Shown here piece by piece: positions 19,145 to 28,617 of a stretch of 64,000 nucleotides of DNA. The position numbers were made by a program, and so were the translations under genes. The DNA comes from Bdellovibrio sp. (GTDB lineage Bacteria > Bdellovibrionota > Bdellovibrionia > Bdellovibrionales > Bdellovibrionaceae): assembly GCA_036676395.1 (NCBI GenBank), contig JAKFCY010000002.1, forward strand, positions 224,001 through 288,000. Reading direction: 5' to 3'. The notes under the pieces are model-generated. The model made no database searches, had not been told where the DNA came from, and was given only the letters and a program-made list of their open reading frames with translations. The first letter of the stretch is position 1; each line of letters opens with the position of its first letter.

Positions 19145-20806
19145 TTAATTTAACCGTTCTAACTGTTCAGCAAGCTTATCAAAGCTTTTGCTGTCGGTCG
19201 ACTTTGCCGGAGTTTGTGCAGACCACTCTTTTGAAAAAAGATTCTTAATAACGCTTTTGTAGTTCTCGTCGTTACACGATGTTAACGAGTCTAGTTGTGG
19301 AAACACAGATTTCAAATTTGCCACTAGTTCAGATAACTTAAGCGGTGAATTCATCACCTTTTGTTCGCTGTATTTAGCACAAGCTAAGTTGTTTTGCGTT
19401 TGTTCGGCGCCAACGATTGAATCAGTGTTGTTTTCGGCGTCAGCTAATTTGCCTTGAGCGATTTTTAATTCTCCACCCACCATAACAAATTGAATTTCAG
19501 AGGCTTGAGCAGTTACGATTTGTGTGTACGGGTTTGAATTACGTGATTTTAAACGAATTGCTACGATATCAGCTAAATAGCCTTCTTCAAGGCGGCCTAA
19601 GCGATCGGCTAATCTTAGCGCTTTCGCCGGATTGATCGTCATCATTTCAAAAAGTTTTTTATCAGTTAATGATTTCATCGCTTTTGATTGGCCGTAACGA
19701 CGCGCGATTTTAACTTCGTCTAATAGATTTTTTGTTCCTGATGGAGTCCAATCAGAACCTAAAGTGATATTTACATTTTGTTTTAAAGCTAATTCAGCAT
19801 TTAAGGTATCGCCATAGAGAACTAAATTTGAAAACGGAGACCATACCAGTGAAATATCTTTTTTCGCAGCATCTGCTAAATCTTTTTCATCCATACCTAC
19901 GCCGTGAATGATCACTAAACCTTTTTCAGCCAGGCCTATTTTTTTTGCGAATTTATATTCTAATTTATTGTAAGTGTCTTTTGCACTGCCTTCAGATAAA
20001 TGCACGATCAGGCTTCTGATTTCACCTGTTGTCACAATGCGGGTAAGGTAGCTGATATATTTTGTAACGCCTTCTAAGAATTGCGTTTGACGGGAATTCA
20101 CTGCACCTTCAGTCGCTTGCAGTGAAGTCGTCACTTCAGAGATTGATTTATTTTCTGAAATCACGGTGGGTAAAATTTTATCTTGGTAGAGTAAAGCACC
20201 TTCTTGATTTACGATTTCCATGCTAGAGCGCGCATCTGAAGCAATGCCATAATCGCTTTCGATTTCTACGTTGCGGGCCAAGATGCCTTTTGTACAAGTG
20301 TCGTCTTGTCCGATACCCTGAACACTGGTTACACCACCTGCTAAGGCTTTGATTTCAGCGTACTGGTAAGTTTGGCAATATAAAGAATCTTTGTCGCTGG
20401 CTGTGCCCAGAACAGGGTTATTGAGCGGGCCAGTTACATTTTTTTTGTAACCAGGAAGTCCGCGCCAATTAAAGCGATTACCAAACTGACCATGAGCTTC
20501 TGACCATAATGGAATCACGTTATATTTTAAGTGACCGTGTAAATCGATAAATCCTGAAGATAGGATTACGCGACCGATGTCGGCTTCAAGAATTTTTTTA
20601 ATATCGCGTGAAACTTCAAATGGGGTCGTTGATTTTTTAGTGATTTTGCCATCTTCGATTAATAAATAGATTTTGCGCGAACGTAACTCAGGTTTAGCTG
20701 GATCTGGTTCGTAACCTTCGATGTAAGTGCCAGCGGCCATCGCTGTACTGGTTAAGGCAAATGTGGTGATCAGTGCAGAAAGAACATTAAAAAATGGTTT
20801 TTTCAT
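19145..20806 (-). CDS. Exported metal-dependent amidohydrolase, nucleobase/nucleoside deaminase type
   Basis: Signal peptide (…STAMA); GFIDLHGH, HLSEG (HxxE), IIHG, LGSDW, TINPAKAL and G.LEEGYLAD motifs. Confidence 0.85.
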   Translation of the reverse strand: MKKPFFNVLSALITTFALTSTAMAAGTYIEGYEPDPAKPELRSRKIYLLIEDGKITKKSTTPFEVSRDIKKILEADIGRVILSSGFIDLHGHLKYNVIPLWSEAHGQFGNRFNWRGLPGYKKNVTGPLNNPVLGTASDKDSLYCQTYQYAEIKALAGGVTSVQGIGQDDTCTKGILARNVEIESDYGIASDARSSMEIVNQEGALLYQDKILPTVISENKSISEVTTSLQATEGAVNSRQTQFLEGVTKYISYLTRIVTTGEIRSLIVHLSEGSAKDTYNKLEYKFAKKIGLAEKGLVIIHGVGMDEKDLADAAKKDISLVWSPFSNLVLYGDTLNAELALKQNVNITLGSDWTPSGTKNLLDEVKIARRYGQSKAMKSLTDKKLFEMMTINPAKALRLADRLGRLEEGYLADIVAIRLKSRNSNPYTQIVTAQASEIQFVMVGGELKIAQGKLADAENNTDSIVGAEQTQNNLACAKYSEQKVMNSPLKLSELVANLKSVFPQLDSLTSCNDENYKSVIKNLFSKEWSAQTPAKSTDSKSFDKLAEQLERLN

Positions 20807-20942
20807 AGTGTCAAACTTCTGGCCACAGGCCATTATTTGGCTGTTTGAGCGTAAGTCAAAGCAACCACATTTGTCTTGTTAACGTTTGTGTATCCGCAAT
20901 GGATTAAATGCAAAAACAGAGCTGAGATTTGTCATGGACGTG

Positions 20943-21725
20943 TTAGCGAGTAAGTGACTGAATCACAGCCTGTGTAGCCTTAGGAAGTTTACTTGACGCG
21001 GGTATGGCTAAGTAGAGATTTTTTTTGCGAGTAGCAATATCTTGAGAGTGAAATTTACGTTTTTCTAAGAGGGGAGTTTTCGGAACAATGGCGATTCCCA
21101 CACCTTTTTCAACAAGATCATAAATCTGATAAATAGAACTGACACGAATAAATTTCTGATTCTTTTTTGAACCAGAAACTTGCTTCAATAAATCTCCCGA
21201 ATCACCGTAAATCCAACGGTGTTCAGGTATTTTATCGAGCGCTATTTTTTGCTTCGAAATTAATGCAAAACTTTCTGAAGCTAAAGACAGGTAATTGATC
21301 TGTGCTGATTCTTCTTTGCGATTGACCACCGCCATGTCGATATTTCCTTGCAGCAACAACTCTAAAGCTTGGGTGGATGTCTTTTCCACAATATCTAAGT
21401 CGACCGATTCAATAAGGGAAGGGCTGAGCTTCGGCCAGAAATAGTGTTCTAGAGCTGCTGTTAGACCTGCAATGCGCACAAGGCTTCGCCCTTGAGCCGT
21501 GGTCCAACGTTCTAAAGGTTCAGAAAGATTTACAATCTCTTGTCCTTTTTCAGTCAGGATGACCTTGCGATTATTCCGTATAAATAAGGGCTCACCGACT
21601 GATTCTTCAAACAACTGAATCTGGCGAGTTACAGCGGAAGGGGCAATAGCCAGCTTCGTAGCGGTTTTAGCGAAATTCAGGCTGTGAGCGGCCTCTATGA
21701 ATACTTTCAAATAGCGATAATCCAT
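20943..21725 (-). CDS. LysR-family transcriptional regulator
   Basis: N-terminal HTH (NFAKTA..L.IAPSAVTRQIQ.FE...G..LF.RN.R.V.LT..G) and C-terminal V..G.GIAIVP. Confidence 0.92.
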   Translation of the reverse strand: MDYRYLKVFIEAAHSLNFAKTATKLAIAPSAVTRQIQLFEESVGEPLFIRNNRKVILTEKGQEIVNLSEPLERWTTAQGRSLVRIAGLTAALEHYFWPKLSPSLIESVDLDIVEKTSTQALELLLQGNIDMAVVNRKEESAQINYLSLASESFALISKQKIALDKIPEHRWIYGDSGDLLKQVSGSKKNQKFIRVSSIYQIYDLVEKGVGIAIVPKTPLLEKRKFHSQDIATRKKNLYLAIPASSKLPKATQAVIQSLTR

Positions 21726-21731
21726 TAATTG

Positions 21732-21752
21732 ATATTCTAATAATTAGAATAT
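21732..21752. promoter_or_regulatory. LysR T-N11-A operator
   Basis: Perfect dyad ATATTCTAA-taa-TTAGAATAT overlapping the lysR -10 box; a second half-site ATTCTAAT at 21765-21772. Confidence 0.7.
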
Positions 21753-21824
21753 TGTGTTGTAAACATTCTAATTTAGTTTTTATGCGAAGCGGCCTATAAA
21801 CTAGACCTACAGGAGAAATGAAGT

Positions 21825-22292
21825 ATGAAAAATTTAATGATTATGACTTTTATGGTTTTAGCAACAGTCACAGTTTCTGCTCAGGAATTAACTTTTAAAG
21901 ATATGATGAATGTGCTGCCTAATATGGAGCGCGCAGGAACTGAAGGTAAAGACTATAAGTGTTCAGTTAAAACTGAATGGTTAGCTAATGGTGATTTAAA
22001 AGTCGTAGCAACTCAGCAGTACAAAGACTGGGATCCATCAGCTATGGAAATCGTTTTAACTGCGGCAAAAGATGCTGAAGTGTCTATGGATAAATATGAT
22101 GACACGATTGAATACAACATCAGCCAGTCGACGTTGTTAAAAGAAGAAGATGATTACCGCGTCGATTTATATGAATCGTTTAGCTTTAATGTTGAGAATG
22201 ATGTGATTACTGGTTTTCGGGTTCAGATCGCAGAAGTGGACCACGAGAGTGATCCACATGAAGATACGATTTATTGTAATCTAACGAAGTAA
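21825..22292 (+). CDS. Hypothetical secreted acidic protein
   Basis: AGGAG SD, signal peptide, D/E-rich, two Cys; divergent from lysR. Confidence 0.8.
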   Translation: MKNLMIMTFMVLATVTVSAQELTFKDMMNVLPNMERAGTEGKDYKCSVKTEWLANGDLKVVATQQYKDWDPSAMEIVLTAAKDAEVSMDKYDDTIEYNISQSTLLKEEDDYRVDLYESFSFNVENDVITGFRVQIAEVDHESDPHEDTIYCNLTK

Positions 22293-23534
22293 TTATTTTT
22301 TAGCAACTTCTTGGATCGAGTTTTCATCAAATGGCACGAACGCTTGTGGCTTGTAGTTATCTAAAGGATCTTTACCACCGTTATTTTTGATGATGCTCGC
22401 TAAGAAGTTACGAATGCTTGTGTAGTCTTTAGTTGAAGATGTCGCGTGAAAGAAAACTACGCCGTCATTCGTTAAAGCGGCTCCAGCTAGCGAAACTGAC
22501 TGAGAGATCGTTCCAGTTTTTGCTAATAAAGAATCATCTGTGTTATTTGTTAAGTAGATGTTACTTACCGTTGAATTACCATCTGAACGAGAATCAGCAC
22601 CAGCTACCGGCAATACGTAACGTAAGCCTTTACCTTGTTTAGCAGCAATTTGCGTTAAACGTTTCATTACTTCAACAACTGTACGGCAACTAGCAGAGTT
22701 ATAAACTTTGCGGCCATCAACATACTCTGGGTAACCAGAACCATTGTAAAATGAAAATTCTTTTTCACCAGCACCAACTACTTTAGTTAAGTATGAGCTG
22801 AATTTCTCAGTTCTTTGTAAACGTTCAAATACTTTATCCGCTGCAAAGTTATGTGAGTTACGGTTTAACTCTTTTAAAGTGCGGTGTAATTCAGAAGAAC
22901 GCATCATGAAAGTTGAAGTCGCGTTAGCTGGGTTAAATACTTTCATAGATTGAGCTGCGATATTTTTAACTGAAAGGCTAACTGATTTAGGTAAAGTCAT
23001 TTTAACTAAAGGTTGAGTTTTAGCTAAGTAAGCTGAATAACGTGATTTGATACCTGTAACATCCGCGCGTAATTCACGCATGATTTCAGTTTCAGATTGT
23101 TCTCCGCTAGAGTGAACTAAGTCACCTTTTGTTCTAACAACAGAAGCATACTCAAAGTTTTCATCGTAAGTTAATTCATTGATGGCTTTAACACCGCGTT
23201 TATTTAATTCACCGATTAAAAAGTAGAACATCACGCGGTCAAAGTAAGGAAACGCCGATCCACGCAAATGCACGTTGGCCGTGCCATCGTTTTGTTTTGT
23301 AATATAAACTTGAGTTGGAAAGCGGTAATCTAAACCTAAACGCTCAGCGGCCCATAATGAAGTGAACACTTTAGATACTGAAGCGATCGGCATGCTTGTG
23401 TTAGCGTTGCTTGAACCTTTAAGGCCGCCATTATAGCCTTCTTCTGAACAGCTAGTGATTAGGCGGGCTTGTGCAGTCGTTGTAGCTAAGATAACAAGAC
23501 CTGCGATTAAAGTTTTAAGTACTGGCGCTTTCAT
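22293..23534 (-). CDS. dacB: PBP4/DacB-like D,D-endopeptidase/carboxypeptidase (peptidase S13), secreted
   Basis: SVSK (SxxK), SHN (SxN), NGSG and KTG motifs; signal peptide; AAGGA SD before 23534. Confidence 0.88.
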   Translation of the reverse strand: MKAPVLKTLIAGLVILATTTAQARLITSCSEEGYNGGLKGSSNANTSMPIASVSKVFTSLWAAERLGLDYRFPTQVYITKQNDGTANVHLRGSAFPYFDRVMFYFLIGELNKRGVKAINELTYDENFEYASVVRTKGDLVHSSGEQSETEIMRELRADVTGIKSRYSAYLAKTQPLVKMTLPKSVSLSVKNIAAQSMKVFNPANATSTFMMRSSELHRTLKELNRNSHNFAADKVFERLQRTEKFSSYLTKVVGAGEKEFSFYNGSGYPEYVDGRKVYNSASCRTVVEVMKRLTQIAAKQGKGLRYVLPVAGADSRSDGNSTVSNIYLTNNTDDSLLAKTGTISQSVSLAGAALTNDGVVFFHATSSTKDYTSIRNFLASIIKNNGGKDPLDNYKPQAFVPFDENSIQEVAKK

Positions 23535-23711
23535 AACGTCGTCCTTCCAAAAAGGGTTGGGCTTGGGGTTGGACGAAGAATAAATGAAAGAGTATGGAAC
23601 CGATAGACGCAAACTTTGTCACTACTTTTTTACTCGAAAGTAGTTACAAGTTCGACAATGTCGAACTTGTTTTCTCAGAGACAGTTTCTGTCACTTTTGA
23701 CTATTGTTTTG

Positions 23712-24260
23712 CTATTTTTCGAGTGTGCGCCAGTTATAATTGTTTATAAGCTGGTTACACATATTTGCAGTCATCGAAAAGTAATCTGCTTTATCGATGC
23801 AACTGGCGATCGTGATTTTTTCATCGGCGGCCAAAAAGATTTGGCGTGATTGGGTCAGTTTATTTTTTTGCATTAAATCGATAACCACGGCCGGAATATT
23901 ATTAATTTTAATCGAACGGCTTGAAAGCACTTCAAAGCCATACTGATTATAATCACGTAAATACTTTTTGGCATAAGACTCAAGATTTACTTTACCGCGG
24001 TAAGTTTCGGTTTTTAGGCTTAAGCGGGCTGATTCAGATAAAGTTTTAAAGCCCATATCGATCTGTTGATTGGCAGGCAGGCGGTTTTGCGAAGGGTTTT
24101 CTAAAAACACCCATTCATCCGAGACTAACTTAAAAGAAAATCCCATTTGCGAAAAAGCCGTATTCCATTTCGGAGAATTCACGGCTGATGAGCCCGTCGT
24201 CGGAAGCGGGGCTGCGTTTGCAAATACTGGAAATAAGATAGCAAGGATAATTGATCTCAT
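23712..24260 (-). CDS. Hypothetical secreted protein
   Basis: Signal peptide (…FANA); starts 9 nt downstream of mutY. Confidence 0.75.
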   Translation of the reverse strand: MRSIILAILFPVFANAAPLPTTGSSAVNSPKWNTAFSQMGFSFKLVSDEWVFLENPSQNRLPANQQIDMGFKTLSESARLSLKTETYRGKVNLESYAKKYLRDYNQYGFEVLSSRSIKINNIPAVVIDLMQKNKLTQSRQIFLAADEKITIASCIDKADYFSMTANMCNQLINNYNWRTLEK

Positions 24261-24269
24261 AGAATAAGC

Positions 24270-25295
24270 TTACCTTGATTTTTCCATATGGCTTAAGATT
24301 TTTTTCATTAAGCTTGTGGGATTCACTTTAGAGATATCTGAGCGCTTAGCCCAAAGTCCAGTCGAAGGCTGGCCTTTAACAAGTCCAGCTTTACCTGTTG
24401 GTTTACTGGATTTAAGAGTTACGAAGATTTCGTATTTGGTGACTGCATGTTTAAAATGAAACTCTTTGGGTTTTTTAGTAACTAACTTCGCTTTTGACGG
24501 AGGGAGCATGAGTTTTTTCAAAAACGGGGTTTCTTCGTTGGTTTCTAAATAGATCTGTTCATTTTTTTCTGAAACGTTAAACGTCCATTCCCAGATTTGG
24601 AATTTTTCTTTTTCTTTTTTGCGGGGAATAAGCTGGATAAGATCTTTTTTATTACTGACGCAGTCTTTTTTCCAGGGGCATAGCATGCACATGACTTTTT
24701 TAGGCGTACATACGGTGGCGCCTAATTCCATGAGGCCCTGATTGAGTTCAGAATTAAATTCAGTTTTTGCCATGATATCGGCGATGTCTTGTAATTTTTG
24801 GCGCTCTTTGGTTTCCCACCAATTTGATTGGATGCCGTACTTGCGACTTAACACACGAATGACATTGCCATCTAAGACGCCAACTTTTTCGCCGAAGGCA
24901 AGACTTGCGATCGCACGTGAAGTGTAAGGCCCAAGCCCTGGGTATTCGATAAGTTCTGCGGCGGTTTTTGGAAAACCCGTTTCGGCAAATTGAAGTGCTG
25001 CTTTATGTAAGTTGCGTGCTCGCGAATAATAACCAAGGCCTGCCCAGTATTCGTAAACATCTTCAATAGTAGCGCCAGCTAAATCTTTAACCGTCGGAAA
25101 ACGGTTCATAAATTTTTCGTAGAAAGGAATCACTGCAGTCACAGTTGTTTGTTGCAGCATGACTTCAGAAATCCAAATACGATAGGGGTCTTTTGACCCT
25201 CGCGAACCTGTTGGATTGCGCCACGGTAAAACGCGTTTATTTTCGTTATACCAGGCGATCAGGTTATCGCGATCTTTTTCAAATTGCTTTGTCAT
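24270..25295 (-). CDS. mutY: A/G-specific adenine glycosylase
   Basis: R.LPWR, SEVMLQQT, GLGYYSRARNL, HhH-GPD and C-x6-C-x2-C-x5-C Fe-S motifs. Confidence 0.95.
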   Translation of the reverse strand: MTKQFEKDRDNLIAWYNENKRVLPWRNPTGSRGSKDPYRIWISEVMLQQTTVTAVIPFYEKFMNRFPTVKDLAGATIEDVYEYWAGLGYYSRARNLHKAALQFAETGFPKTAAELIEYPGLGPYTSRAIASLAFGEKVGVLDGNVIRVLSRKYGIQSNWWETKERQKLQDIADIMAKTEFNSELNQGLMELGATVCTPKKVMCMLCPWKKDCVSNKKDLIQLIPRKKEKEKFQIWEWTFNVSEKNEQIYLETNEETPFLKKLMLPPSKAKLVTKKPKEFHFKHAVTKYEIFVTLKSSKPTGKAGLVKGQPSTGLWAKRSDISKVNPTSLMKKILSHMEKSR

Positions 25296-25321
25296 GGTGT
25301 TGTTATATACGATATTCCTCT

Positions 25322-26341
25322 ATGGCAAAAGCACAAAAACCGACGAAAAAATCAGCCGCAAAAACAACACCTAAAACTTCAGCAGCTCCAGCGCCTCAGC
25401 CGGCCGCGCCAAATCGCTATAAACCACTGAGTGGGCGCGAGTTTCCGCGCTTTTCAGCGATTAAAACATTTTTTCGCTTACCGGTAGCCGATCTTAACGA
25501 AGATTTCGACGTCGCTTTATTTGGAACGCCGTATGACGGTGGCGTCAGTTACCGCCCTGGAGCACGATTTGCGCCGACGCTCGTTCGCGAGTGTTCAAGC
25601 TTAGGCCGTGGTTTTCACATGACGCGCGCGATGAGTTTATTTGAAAAATTAAAATTCGCAGATATCGGTGACTGCCCGATTGTGCCGATTGATCAAAAAC
25701 AAACGTATAAAAACATTGAAAAATTTTCTGCAGATATTTTAAAGCACGGTAAAAAATTTATTTCTATCGGCGGAGACCATTCAACAACGCTTCCGTTGTT
25801 ACGCTCGATGCATAAAAAATACGGAAAATTAAATTTTATTCATTTCGATGCCCATTTAGACACTTATCCTGCAGCTTGGGGATGTGAGTATCATCACGGG
25901 GCTTTTGCCCGTCACGCGGTTGAAGAAGGCTTAGTGAATCCGAAAAACATGTTACAAATCGGTATTCGTGGTCCGTTAGCAGCGATTGATGATTTAGATT
26001 TTATTAAAAAACATAAAATCAAAGTTTTAACGGTCGATGATATTAAACAAAAACCATTAGCCGAAGTTTTAAAAGCATTACCGAAATTCACAGGGCCAAC
26101 ATACATCAGTTTTGATATTGATTGTTTAGATCCTGCATATGCGCCAGGAACTGGAACTCCGGTGCCGGGTGGTTTGACGACTTATGAAACTCAACAAATC
26201 TTACGTGCCTTACAAATTGATAACTTAGTGGGTGCAGATATCGTTGAAGTATCGCCTCCATTTGATAGTTCACAGATCACGGGGCTTGCGGCAGTAGATA
26301 CCATGTTTGAATTAATGTGCTTAATGGGCGGAGGCCGCTAA
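25322..26341 (+). CDS. speB: Agmatinase (ureohydrolase family)
   Basis: RPGARFAP, GGDHS, DAHLD, SFDIDCLDPAYAPGTGTP and DIVEVSP motifs. Confidence 0.9.
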   Translation: MAKAQKPTKKSAAKTTPKTSAAPAPQPAAPNRYKPLSGREFPRFSAIKTFFRLPVADLNEDFDVALFGTPYDGGVSYRPGARFAPTLVRECSSLGRGFHMTRAMSLFEKLKFADIGDCPIVPIDQKQTYKNIEKFSADILKHGKKFISIGGDHSTTLPLLRSMHKKYGKLNFIHFDAHLDTYPAAWGCEYHHGAFARHAVEEGLVNPKNMLQIGIRGPLAAIDDLDFIKKHKIKVLTVDDIKQKPLAEVLKALPKFTGPTYISFDIDCLDPAYAPGTGTPVPGGLTTYETQQILRALQIDNLVGADIVEVSPPFDSSQITGLAAVDTMFELMCLMGGGR

Positions 26342-26826
26342 TGGGACGCGAGATTGCTGTTATCGCTGCTGGATGTTTCTGGGGAGTTGAAGAATTACTA
26401 CGTGAATTAGACGGCGTACTTGAAACTGAAGTGGGTTATTGTAATGGTGATGGTGAAAATCCAGTTTATACTTTGGTTAAAACAGGAACAACAGGCCACG
26501 CCGAAGCGGTAAAAATCACTTTTGACCCAGATAAGATTTCATATGCAGATTTAATTCATAAGTTTTATAAACTGCATGATCCAACGACGAAGAATCAACA
26601 GGGTAACGACGTCGGTACTCAATATCGTTCGGCGATTTTCTATGTTTCTGACGCGCAAAAAGCGACGGCTGAAGAAGTGACTAAAGAAGTCGAAGCCAGC
26701 GGTATTTGGAAAAAACCAATCGTGACTGAAATCGTGTTATTAAAAAAATTCTGGAGTGCTGAAGATTACCATCAGGATTATTTGCAAAAAAATCCTGATG
26801 GATACATGTGCCACTTCTGGCGCTAA
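26341..26826 (+). CDS. msrA: Peptide methionine sulfoxide reductase A
   Basis: GCFWG, TGHAE, HDPT, GTQYRSAIF and AEDYHQDYL motifs; TAATG stop/start overlap with speB. Confidence 0.96.
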   Translation: MGREIAVIAAGCFWGVEELLRELDGVLETEVGYCNGDGENPVYTLVKTGTTGHAEAVKITFDPDKISYADLIHKFYKLHDPTTKNQQGNDVGTQYRSAIFYVSDAQKATAEEVTKEVEASGIWKKPIVTEIVLLKKFWSAEDYHQDYLQKNPDGYMCHFWR

Positions 26827-26831
26827 TTTCA

Positions 26832-26875
26832 CGCTCAGGGTTTTAGCTAGCAAATGCTAGCTGAACTCCCGAGCG
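26832..26875. terminator. Long hairpin between convergent genes (probable terminator)
   Basis: CGCTC..GGTTTTAGCTAGCA-aa-TGCTAGCTGAAC....GAGCG. Confidence 0.5.
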
Positions 26876-26886
26876 ATTTTAATGCG

Positions 26887-28617
26887 TTAATCTTTTAACA
26901 GATAATTGAAAAAAGCAACGATCCCTAATACGCCTGCAGCGATGTAGCCGATCACGCTAAATGCCGGCATATCAGCGATCAACCACATTCCAGGAATGTT
27001 TCCAGACATAGCGTAGATCATCGAGCTAGCCAGAATTAACGACGCGATAATTACGCCTAAAAATAATAAGTGAAATGAATTCGAAATCGTTTTTTGTAAA
27101 TGCGGTAAACCATCAAGCTGGATTTTCGTGTGATAATCCGGCGAATTCATTTTTCTCATGATTAAATTAAGCTGTCTTGGAAGCGCGCTTAAAAATGTTT
27201 TTGATTCGCGAAACAGAAGACTTGCTTCATTGGCCATTTTCACAGGTTGAAAGAAGCTTTGGGCCACTTCGCCCACTTGTGAAAGCGTAAAGGCTAAGAA
27301 ATCAAAGTCTTTAGAAATTTTAGAACCTAAACCTTCAATTGAAATGATAGATTTAAAAAACAACATCATTTCAGTCGGTACAACTAACCCCTGAGAAGCG
27401 GCGATGCCTGCTGAAGCCATTAAGATCTTACCCGCATTTACATTCTTAAGAGTTAGTCCGTAGTAAGGTGCAATAACTGCCTGTAGATCTTTAGCAAACA
27501 GATCGACGTTCACATTTTCAGAGAACGGTGCAAGATCAACATATTCGTAGGCCAGGCGCGTGTAGTCTTCTTTTGAAAGAGCTAAAAGCATATTTACAAT
27601 TGCTGACTGGGTTTTTGAATTTAAACGGCCAACGACGCCGAAATCGATCAAGCCGATTTTATCATCAGGCATGATAAAGAAGTTTCCGGCGTGCAGATCG
27701 CCGTGAAAGAAGCCGTCGATAAAAACCATCTTTAAATAAGCTTTTAAACCCTTTTTGATCACATCATCAGGATTAATGCCTAAGGCTTGCAGAGATTCAA
27801 CTTTACTTAAGGGTTTACCTTTAAGTTCTTCCATCACTAACACGCGCTCGGTGGTCATCTCGAAATAAACTTTCGGAATCACCATGGTCGCATCATCTTT
27901 AAAGTTTTCTTTGATGCGGCGAATGTTATTAGCTTCAACCACGAAATTAGTTTCAAGTTCTAAGGTTTTAAAATATTCATCCACCATCGCCACAGGATTA
28001 AAAGAGCGGGTTTCGGGAATATATTTTTCTAAAAGCTCAGCAATAAAATAAAGAACATTTAAATCATCATTAATTTTTTGCACAATGCCGGGGCGTTGGA
28101 TCTTTAAGACGACGTGATCGCCGTTAATCATTGTGGCTTTGTGAACTTGCGCGATACTAGCTGCGCCAATTGGTTTTTCGTCGACAGATTGGAATTTAGT
28201 TTTCCAGTGCGCACCGAATTCTTCAACTAATACGCTTTCGATGGTTTTAAAATCTAATTCTTGCACTTGATCATGCAATAAAGACATCTCTTGAATGTAA
28301 TCATCAGGAACCAAATCAGGACGTGTTGCTAAAAGCTGGCCGAATTTAACAAATGTAGGCCCCAATTCTTCAAAACTTAAACGTAAACGTTGTGGAATCG
28401 TCAGAAGCTCTTTTTCTTCTGACGATTTGTTGTTTGATGAAAGGAAGCTATCTAGATTTAGCTTTTCTACCAGGTTTCGTAGGCCGTGCTTTGCGAACAC
28501 CCCGAGAATCGTCCGAAGACGAGTCACGTTTTTTAGAGTCTTGCCTATTTGAAGAGAACTTATCGCCAGACTTTGCTTTGGCCGGTCCGTTCTTCTTGTG
28601 TGATGAGTGGTTGTCAT
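26887..28617 (-). CDS. ubiB: UbiB/ABC1 atypical protein kinase family
   Basis: LGPTFVKFGQ, AASIAQVHKA, KIQRPG, GFFHGDLHAGN and IDFG motifs; two C-terminal TM helices. Confidence 0.9.
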   Translation of the reverse strand: MTTTHHTRRTDRPKQSLAISSLQIGKTLKNVTRLRTILGVFAKHGLRNLVEKLNLDSFLSSNNKSSEEKELLTIPQRLRLSFEELGPTFVKFGQLLATRPDLVPDDYIQEMSLLHDQVQELDFKTIESVLVEEFGAHWKTKFQSVDEKPIGAASIAQVHKATMINGDHVVLKIQRPGIVQKINDDLNVLYFIAELLEKYIPETRSFNPVAMVDEYFKTLELETNFVVEANNIRRIKENFKDDATMVIPKVYFEMTTERVLVMEELKGKPLSKVESLQALGINPDDVIKKGLKAYLKMVFIDGFFHGDLHAGNFFIMPDDKIGLIDFGVVGRLNSKTQSAIVNMLLALSKEDYTRLAYEYVDLAPFSENVNVDLFAKDLQAVIAPYYGLTLKNVNAGKILMASAGIAASQGLVVPTEMMLFFKSIISIEGLGSKISKDFDFLAFTLSQVGEVAQSFFQPVKMANEASLLFRESKTFLSALPRQLNLIMRKMNSPDYHTKIQLDGLPHLQKTISNSFHLLFLGVIIASLILASSMIYAMSGNIPGMWLIADMPAFSVIGYIAAGVLGIVAFFNYLLKD

